This document shows, piece after piece, positions 36,195 through 45,195 of a DNA stretch of 64,000 bases. Source of the stretch: an uncultured Acidobacteriota bacterium (GTDB lineage: Bacteria > Acidobacteriota > JAQAZP01). Position 1 is the stretch's first letter. Each line of letters begins with the position of its first letter. The translations under genes and the position numbers were made by a program. A model generated the notes under the pieces. That model worked only from the letters and a program-made list of their open reading frames with translations. It ran no database searches and was not told where the DNA came from. The stretch lies in assembly GCA_963836075.1 (NCBI GenBank), contig CAWIIB010000009.1, forward strand, positions 1,280,001 through 1,344,000, read 5' to 3'.

Positions 36195-39100
36195 TTACAC
36201 CGGCGCGGTTCCGCCGCGCAGGTAGAGATAGGCGTCCTCGAGATTCGGCTCCGCGTCTTCCGCGGCCAGGCCTTCCGGCGGGCCGTCGGCCAGGAAACGC
36301 AGCCGGATACGGTCAAAGCCCTCGCCGATGTGGTTGACCACCTTCAGCCGTTTGGACAGTTCGGGCAGTCGCTGCTCTTCAGTCACCGCCTCGAAGACCT
36401 TGCCCCGGGTGCGGTCGATCATTTCCTCGACGGTGCCGTCAAAGACCACCCGGCCCTTGTCGATCACCGCCACCCGGTTGCAGGTGCCGGAGATGTCCTC
36501 CACGATGTGGGTGGAGAAGATGACGATCCGCTCCTTGGCCAGCTCGGCCAGCAGGTTGCGGAACCGGATCCGTTCCTTGGGGTCGAGGCCGGCGGTGGGC
36601 TCGTCCACCACGATGATCCGCGGCAGGTGCAGCAGCGCGGTGGCGATCCCCACCCGCTGCTTCATCCCCCCGGAGTAGCCCTTCAGTTTCTCGTCCTTCC
36701 GTTCGAAGAGGGCCACCCGCTTCAGCACGCCGCTGACCAGTTCTTCCCGCTCCTCGCGGTCGTAGATCTCGTTGAGCAGCGCGTAGTAGTTGAGCAGTTC
36801 CCAGGCAGTGAAGTTCTCGTAGACCCCGAAGTTCTGCGGCAGGTAGCCCACCAGGCTCTGAACCGCGTCACGGTGCTCCCGGGGGTCGCGGCCGTTGATC
36901 GCCACCGTGCCCCGGCTCTGCTCGTAGATGTTGCAGATCACCCGCATCAGGGTGGTCTTGCCCGCGCCGTTGGGCCCCAGCAGACCGAACATCCCGGCGC
37001 CGATGTCCAGGGACAGCCCGCGCAGCGCCGCCACCCGCTCCTTCTCGTGACCCACCCGTGGAATGACACTGACCAGTCGCCGCCAGGTGCGGGCCAGCCG
37101 CTTGAAGATGTTGCCGCCCCGGCCCCTGGTGTTCGTTTCGCCGCTCCGCAGTTGGCGGCCACTGCTCAGGGCCATGGCCGCCAGGCCGAGGATGGCGGTG
37201 AGGGTGAGGGTGAAGCCGTAGTGCATCTGGCAGGCCACGTGGGCCTGGACCAGGGCCAGGGTTGCCAGCGCAAGGCCGAAGACCAGGTTCAGCCAGCGGG
37301 TTTTCGAGAAGGGGATCGGTACCCCGGGCGCCGGTTCCCCACCCCGCCGCAGCCGCCACAACGCGGTGATGGTGACGATGAAATCGCGGACGAAATACCA
37401 GGTCACTCCGATGAAGACAAAGAGCCAGAACCGGTTCTCGAAGTAGAGCAGGAGGTAGAAGAGCAGGGCCAGCAGGGGGATCTTCCAGATCAGGTTGACC
37501 GCCAGCCGGCGCCTCGTTTCCATGGGCATGCCGCGCTGCCGGGCGTGCTTCAGCCAGCGACCGTACTGCTTCCAGCCGCGGAGGAAGGGGCCGTCCTCAC
37601 CGTAGACTTTCTTCAGCTCCCGCACCGCGATGTCCAGTGGCTGGTCTGCACCAAAGATCTCCCGCCGCTCTTTCCCCCGGGCCAGCCAGAGGCCAAAACG
37701 GACCAGGCCCAGGCCGGCAAACCAGATCGGCAGAAGGAAGATGATCCGCCAGACCTCGGAGTCGATCCAGCCCAACTTGAAGTAGAGTGCCCAGATCACC
37801 ACGCCGGCCCCCAGGGTGCCGGCCAGCGCCCAGGGCAGGCCCAGAGTCTCGCGTATCCAGCGGCCGATGAAACGGAAGGAGAGAAAGCCCATGGGGATCA
37901 GCAGCAGGGTGCCGATGGTGGAGGTGGCCATGCCGCCGATCACCGCGATGGCGAAGGGCGGCCAGATCTCGTTCTCGCCGCCCATGCGCATGGCCAGCGG
38001 CAGCATGCCGGCGATGGTGGTGGTGGCGGTCATGACCACCGGCCGGAAGCGGGCCCGGCCCGAAGCGATGATCGCCCGTTCGGGGCGGAAACCCCGTTTG
38101 CGCACCAGGTGCCGGGCGTAATCGATGAGCAGGATGCCGTTGTTCACCACCATGCCCAGCAGCACCAGCAGGGCGAGAAAGACCAGCGGCCCGATGCCCA
38201 CCCCGGTGAGCGCCAGCAGGATCAGCACCCCGATCATCGCCATGGGGATGGTGAAGAGGATCAGCAGCGGGTGGGCGAACGACTCGAAGGAGGCGGCGAG
38301 GATCATGTAGACCAGGATCAGCGCCACGTAGAGCATGAACTTCCAGACGTTCTCCTCCTCGTCTTCCCGCTCGGCGGTGAGGGTGTAGCCCCGGGGCAGG
38401 GGGATGGAGAGCAGCAGGTCGTCCACCGCGGAGCGCAGTTCATCCAGCCGGGTCTGAGTGCCCAGGACCTCATCCTCATAGCCGTAGTAGACACGGATGC
38501 GGTGGGTGCCCTGGTGGCGTTTGAGGCTGGGCAGTCCGGCTTCCTGTTTGAAATCCATCAGCTCGGTGACCCGGACGAATGAGCCGTTGGGCGTGGGGAT
38601 GGAGAGGTCGCGCAGGTCGCGGAAGCTCCAATCACCTTCCTCGCCCAGGCGAACCTGGATCTGCATCTCGTTGTCCTGCCGGTCGCGGTAGGGGTAGGTG
38701 ACCTGGTCCCCTTCCCGGCGGGCCATCCAGAGCAGGCCCATCACCTGCTGCATGGAGAGGCCCCAGGCAGAGAGGTCCTGGTAGCGGGCCTCCAACCGCA
38801 CCTCGGGGGTGACGTCGTCCACGTCCATGCGAATGGTGCGGTCATCCACTCCTTCGATCTGTTCCAGCCGGTATTTCACCTCGTTGGCCAGGTCCACCAG
38901 CCGGGGCATCTCCTCGCCGGTGAGCACCACCGTCTCCACGGCGCGGGCCAGGCCCAGCGCCGCCGCGCCCCCCTCTTCTTCGTCGCCGCCGCCGGCGCTC
39001 TGGAACTGCGAGCGGTCGAACAGGATCGTCGCCCCGCTGACCTCCTCGGTGCGGTCCTTCAGTTTGTTGCGGATCGCACCCAGTGAATCGTCGGACGTCC

Positions 39101-40961
39101 GTTCGTCTTTCGGCAGCAGCTCCACGGTGATAAAGGCCTCGCCCTCGCGGATGGTGGAGCGGGTCATCTTGCGGTCGGGCAGGTCGAGGGTCATGGCCTC
39201 CACCTGGGCGGTGACCGCTTCGGTGGACTCCAGGTCGGCCCCCTCGGGCATCTCCAGCTTCATTTCGATCCGGCTGTCCGGCGGCTGGCTGCTGCCGTAG
39301 AGGTAGAGGATCACCGGCGTGGTGATCAGCACCGTGAGCATCAGCACGGCGAAGAACATGACCGTGGTCAGGACCTGGTGCCGGGAGCACTGTTTGAGCA
39401 GCAGGGTGTAGATCTGCAGGATGCGCTGGGGCCGTTTGCGGTCCGCGGCGGGATCGAAACCCTGGCCGGACATTGTCCGCTCCCCGCGCCGGCCCAGGCG
39501 GCTGGCCAGCATGGGGATCAGGGTCACCGCCACCAGCAGCGAGATCAGCAGGGGGAAGATGATCGCCAGGGCAAAGTCGTTGTACAGCTCGGTGAACTCG
39601 GTCTTGACCCAGAGCAGCGGGGTGAAGACCACCACCGTGGTCACCGTACCGACGATGATCGCCTTGAACACCTCGGAACTGCCGGTGACCGCCGCTACCA
39701 TCCGGCTGAGCCCCCGCTCGCGGTGCCGGGTGATGCTCTCCAGCACCACGATGGCGTTGTCCACCAAGAGACCGATGGAAAGGGTCAGGCCGATGAGGGT
39801 CAGCACGTCGATGGCCAGGCCGGCGGCGGCCATCAGGTTGAAGGTCAGCAGCAGGGAGACCGGGATGGCCAGTGAGACCACCACCACCGGGCCGGGCCGC
39901 TTGAGGAAGATCAACAGCACCAGCAGGGCCAGCAGGCCGCCGCTCAGCGCCAGCTTCTTCACCCGGTTGATGTCCTTTTCGATCAACTCCGCGGCGTCGA
40001 AGGCGGTGGTGATCCGCACCCCCGGCGCGGCCAGCTCGTCGTTGATCTCCGCGATCTCCTGGCGCAGCAGCTGGGCCACCTTGATCAGGTTCGACTGCTC
40101 GTCCTTCTGGATCAGGATGCTCACCGTGGGGTGCCCGTCCACCCGCGACATCTGGGTCTGGCGGTCCGGTGCCTGCTCCACCCGGGCCACGTCGCGGAGG
40201 AAGACCATTCCGGCCCCGGTCGTCAGCGGCAGGTCGCGGATCTCCTGCAGCGAGGTGAAGCGGCCCTCCACCATGGCGAACTGCCGGCGGCCGTCCACCT
40301 CCACCTCGCCCACGAACTCCCGCCGCTGGTGGTAGCCGTTCAGAGTGGCCAGCACCTGGGTGGGCATGATGCCGTAGGAGCGCAGGCGGTCCTCGTCGAG
40401 AGTCACCTGCACCGCCAGCTGCCGGCCGCCAAAGACCTGAACGCTGACCACCCCGTTCACCGACTCCAGCTGGGGCCGGATCTTCTCCTCGGCCAGCCGG
40501 CGGACAAAGGGCAGCCCCCCCGGGCCGGCCACGTTGAGCTGCATGACGAAGTTGGAGAAGGCCGAAGTGTCGAAGCGTTCGACGCGCAGCGTCGCCGTTT
40601 CAGGCAGCAGGCCCACAAGCCCGTTGGCCTTCTGTTCCAGCTTGAGATAGGCGTAGTTGAGGTCGGTGCCCAGCTTGTACGAGACGGTGATCATCCCGTA
40701 GTTCTGGTTGGAGACGGCCTCGATTTCCTCGATGTCCTCGAGGGTGGAGATCTCGGCCTCCAGCCGCTCGATCAGGTCCTCCTCCACCTTCTCCGGCGAG
40801 GCGCCGGGGTAGCCGGCGATGACGAACATCTTGGGGTAGATGTAGTTGGGGATCAGCTGCACCGGCAGGGTGGTGTAGCTGATCACGCCCAGCACCCCCA
40901 GGGCGATGAAGAACATCACCGTGGTCACCGGGCGCTTGATGGCGAGGGTGGGGAGGTTCAC
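36195..40961 (-). CDS. AcrB-family RND permease fused to extra TM helices and an ABC ATPase domain
   Basis: RND motifs ([42 protein letters not shown]), then [31 protein letters not shown] and STH in one open frame of 1588 aa. Confidence 0.92.
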   Translation of the reverse strand: [1588 protein letters not shown]

Positions 40962-43900
40962 GCGTCCTTCCCCCTGCCGGCGGGCCGCAGGCGGTCGATC
41001 AGGTCATAGGCCACCGGCAGCACCACCAGGGTCAGAATGGTGGAGGTGACCAGCCCGCCGATGATGGCGTAGGCCAGCGGCGCCCGCAGTTCGGCCCCCT
41101 CGCCAAAGCCCAGGGAGAGGGGCAGCAGGGCGAGGATGGTGGTGGAACTGGTCATCAGGATCGGCCGCAGCCGGGCCTGTCCGGCGGCCAGCAGTGCCTC
41201 CTTGCGCTTCATCCCCCGGCGGCGCAATGTGTTGACGAAGTCGATGAGGATGATCCCGTCGTTCACGGCGATGCCGGCGAGGATGATGATGCCGATGAAG
41301 GCCATCACCGACAGCGGCAGGCCCGCGAAATAGAACAAGGCCGCCACGCCCACCCCGGCCATGGGGATGGTGAGCATGATGGTGAAGGGATGGACCAGCG
41401 ACTCGAACTGCGAGGCCATCACCATGTAGACCAGCAGGAGGGCCAGCAGCATGGCGAAGCGCAGCTTGTCGAACGACTCCTGGCGTCGCTGTTCTTCGCC
41501 GCCCACCAGGAAGCGGTAGCCCCGCGGCACGTTCATCCCCTCGAGGCGTGAGCCGATTTCGCCGCTCACCTCACTCAGCGTCACCCCTTCGGCCAGGTCG
41601 GCCTGGACCAGGGCCACCCGCGACTGGCCGCGGCGCAGGATCTCCCGCGGGCCGGTCTCGCTCTCCACCCGGGCGATGTCCTTGAGCAGGATCCGGGTGC
41701 CGGTGGGGTTCTCGATTTCCAGGTTGAGCAGCTGGTCGAGGTTCATCATCGGGTGGCGGATGGCGATGTCGCGGTCCTCGTCCTCGGCGCGGAAAATGGA
41801 GATCTCCTCACCGTAGAGCTTTCGCCTGACCAGCCGGGTGATGGTGGCCACGTCGAGACCCAGGCTGGCCGCGGTCATGCGGTCGATGTGAATCGCCAGT
41901 TCCTCGCGGCCGCCCTGGAAGCTGGTGCGCACGTTGTAGATGCCCTTGCCCCCGGCTTTCATCTCCTCCAGCTGGGCCGCCACCCCGTCACTGATCTCCC
42001 GCAGCCGGTCCACGTCCTGACCCCGCACCTCGATGCTCACCGGAGCGTCACCGGAGCCGATGGTCTGCTGCAGGGCGGTCTCGCCGAGATTGTATGTGGT
42101 CTCCAGGCCCGGGACGTCGCGCAGCACCGGGTCGATGGCGCCGATGATGGCCGAGGTGTGCAGGTCGCGTTCGGCGAAAGGCTTGAGCGAGACCAGGACC
42201 AGCGAGGTATTCTCGTCCCACACCTCTTCGGTGAGCAGCTCGTCCTCCAGCCGCCGTTTGCCGATGTCGCTGTAGACCGCGGTGATCTCTTCGCCGAAAT
42301 TCTCCAGCAACAGGTCCTCCACAAAGCCGGACACCGCGGCGGTGCGCTCCACCGGGGTCCCCTCGGGGAGCACCAGCCGGATGCCGAACTCGCCCTGGTC
42401 GGCCCGGGGCAGGAACTCGGTGCCGCTGCGCCTGAAGGCCTCGGCGGCAAAGAGGCCGAGGACCAGGGTGATGACCACCACGATCAGCTTGTGGTTCAGG
42501 GCCCAGACCAGCAGGCCGTTGTACGCCCTGCTGCGCACCACGTGCTCCGAAGCCGGGCCGGTCGCCGCAGTTCGTTTCTGTTTCAGCATCCGCGAGGCGA
42601 GCATGGGGATCAGCACCATGGCCACCACCAGCGAGCAGAGCAGCGAGATGCTCACCGTGAAGGCCTGTTCCTTGAGCAGCTCGCCGGTGATGTCGCCGAT
42701 GAAGACCACCGGCAGGAAAACCACGCAGGTGGTCAGGGTGGAGGCGAAGATGGCGCCGCCCACTTCCGAGGCACCGTCGATGGCCGCTTCGATCTTTCCC
42801 TTGCCCGCCTGGAGGTGGCGATAGATGTTCTCGATCACCACGATGGCATTGTCCACCAGCAGGCCCACCCCCAGGGCCAGGCCGCCGAGGGTCATGATGT
42901 TGAGGCTCAACCCGGCGAAATACATCAGCACGAAGGTGGCCACGATGGAGAGGGGGATGGCCAGGGCGATGACCAGGGTGGCGCCGAAGCTGCGCAGGAA
43001 GAGAAAGAGGATCACGATGGCCAGCAGCGCGCCGATCAGCGCCTGCTCCTCCACCTCGCGGATCGATCCGGTGATAAAACGGGCCTGGTCCCGGACCACC
43101 TGGAAGCGCACGCCGGGAAGCGAGCGGGACAGCTGGTCCAGGCTGCGGCGCACGTCGTCGCTCACCATCACCGTATTGCTGCCCCCCTCCTTGTGTACCG
43201 AGAGGCCTACCCCCTCGGTGCCGTTGATCCGCACCAGGTTGCGCACCTCCTTGTCCCCGTAGTAGACCCGGGCCACCCGGGAGAGGGGCACCGGTACCTT
43301 CAGCGGGTCGAAGGCGGTATTCTGGGAGACGAGGTCCGAGGGGGCCTTGCTGCGGTCGAGGTAGGCCACGGTGAGGGCGCGGAGCTGGTCCAGGTCGGAA
43401 AACCGGCCAACCCCCTTGATGACGTAGATCTTGCCCTCCTCCTCCAGCGTGCCGCCGGAGGTGTCCATATTGGCCTCCCTGACCCGGGAGGCCACGTCGT
43501 CCACGGTGATGCCGAATGAGTCCAGCAGGAACTCGTCGGTCTCGACGATCACTTCCCGCTCGCGGCCGCCGGAAATGCGCACCGCGGCCACACCGCGCAG
43601 CCGCTCCAGGGCCGGGCGGACATAGTCCTCGGCCAGCCGCCGCATTTCGTCCAGGTCGGCGCTGCTCTCGTCTTCGGCCGAGGGGAACATCCCCACCCGC
43701 AGCACCGGTGCGGCCTGGGGGTCGAAACGGCGGATGCTCAGGTTGTCCACTTCGCGGTCCGCCTGGAGGTAGCCGATATTCTTCTGCACCTCCAGCAGGG
43801 CAAAGTCCATGTCGCTGTCCCAGTAGAACTCCACGGTGACCATGATGCTGCCCACCCGGGAGACAGAGGAGACACGGGAGACGCCGCTGATGGTGCTCAG

Positions 43901-44113
43901 CTGGGACTCCAGCTGCTCGCCGAAGACGTCCTCCATCTCCCGCGGCGGCCGGTTCCCCGACTCGAGCACCACCACCACCTTGGGGCTGGAGATGTCGGGC
44001 AGCAGGTCGATGCCCAGCTTGTCCAGGGAGATGTAGCCGAGGAGCAGCACGCCGGTGAAGATCATCACCACGGTGACCGGGAAACGGACCGCGAGGTTGG
44101 CTATGGCTTTCAT
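40958..44113 (-). CDS. AcrB/AcrD/AcrF-family RND permease
   Basis: [47 protein letters not shown]. Confidence 0.95.
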   Translation of the reverse strand: [1051 protein letters not shown]

Positions 44114-45195
44114 CAGGAACTGACCTTCACCGGTGTCTTGTCTTTCAGGGTCTCGTAGCCCTGGACCACCACGCGCTCGCCGGCCTCGATGCCGGAGAGG
44201 ATCTCCACCCGCTCCTCATCCTCCAGACCGGTGACCACCTCGCGCATCTCGGCCTTCTGCCGCGAGACGACAAAGACCGACGGCCGGTTGTTGCGCACCA
44301 CCACCGCGTGCCGCGGCACGACCAGGGCGTCCTCCCGGGAGCGGGTGACGATGTCGGCCTTGACGAACATGCCCGGCCGCACCAGCCCCTCGCGGTTCGA
44401 AAGCAGTACCTCGACGCGGAAGGTCCGTGACTGAGCCTGGATGGTGGGGCTGATGTAGCGCACCACGCCCTCGAAGACCTGGTCAGGGTAGGCGTAGTTG
44501 GAAACCCGGACCGCCATCCCCTCCTTGACCCTGGCGATGTCGCCGCCGGGCAGCTCCAGGTCGGCCAGCACCCGGGAGAAGTCCATCACCTCGGCCAGTT
44601 CTTCCCCGGCGGTGACCTTGGCCCCGTCCACCTCGCGGGTCAGCCAGGTCAACCGGCCGCTGATCGGGGCGAGGATCCGGGTCTGTTCCTCGACGATCAG
44701 GGTGTTTTCGTAGTTGTAGCGGGCGGTGGCCAGCGCGCTCTCGTAGTTCCTCATCTCCTGTTCGGAGACGAAGCCTTCCTCGAAGAGCCGTTGATAGCGC
44801 TGGTAATCATTCTCCGCTTTCTGCAACTCGGCGCGGCGGGCGTCGATGCCGCTCTTCTTGTTCACCCGCGTCTCTTCACTGTCCAGCAGGGCGATGACCT
44901 GGCCCTGTTTCACCGGGTCGCCCTCGATAAGCCGCCGGCCGTTGCCGCCCAGCCGGCCCAGGTTCAGATATCCGGTCATCGGCGCGTCCAGCTTGACCTC
45001 CTGGATCGCCCGCACCGAGCCGGTGGTGGTGAGGTGTTCCTCGATGCCGGCGCGGCCGGCTTCCTCCACCCGCACCGGGATTTTCACCTCCAGGCCGGCC
45101 TGGGATTCCGGTTCGCCGCACCCTGCAGTGAGGAGGAGCAGCGGAATGAGGCAGAGCGCCGCGACAATTGAGACCTGTGGGCATCTGGTGGTCAT
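44113..45195 (-). CDS. RND periplasmic adaptor (membrane fusion) lipoprotein
   Basis: Lipobox LTAGC, lipoyl halves (EGDPVKQGQVIA, ILAPISG), coiled hairpin, VRPGMFVKA. Confidence 0.92.
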   Translation of the reverse strand: MTTRCPQVSIVAALCLIPLLLLTAGCGEPESQAGLEVKIPVRVEEAGRAGIEEHLTTTGSVRAIQEVKLDAPMTGYLNLGRLGGNGRRLIEGDPVKQGQVIALLDSEETRVNKKSGIDARRAELQKAENDYQRYQRLFEEGFVSEQEMRNYESALATARYNYENTLIVEEQTRILAPISGRLTWLTREVDGAKVTAGEELAEVMDFSRVLADLELPGGDIARVKEGMAVRVSNYAYPDQVFEGVVRYISPTIQAQSRTFRVEVLLSNREGLVRPGMFVKADIVTRSREDALVVPRHAVVVRNNRPSVFVVSRQKAEMREVVTGLEDEERVEILSGIEAGERVVVQGYETLKDKTPVKVSS

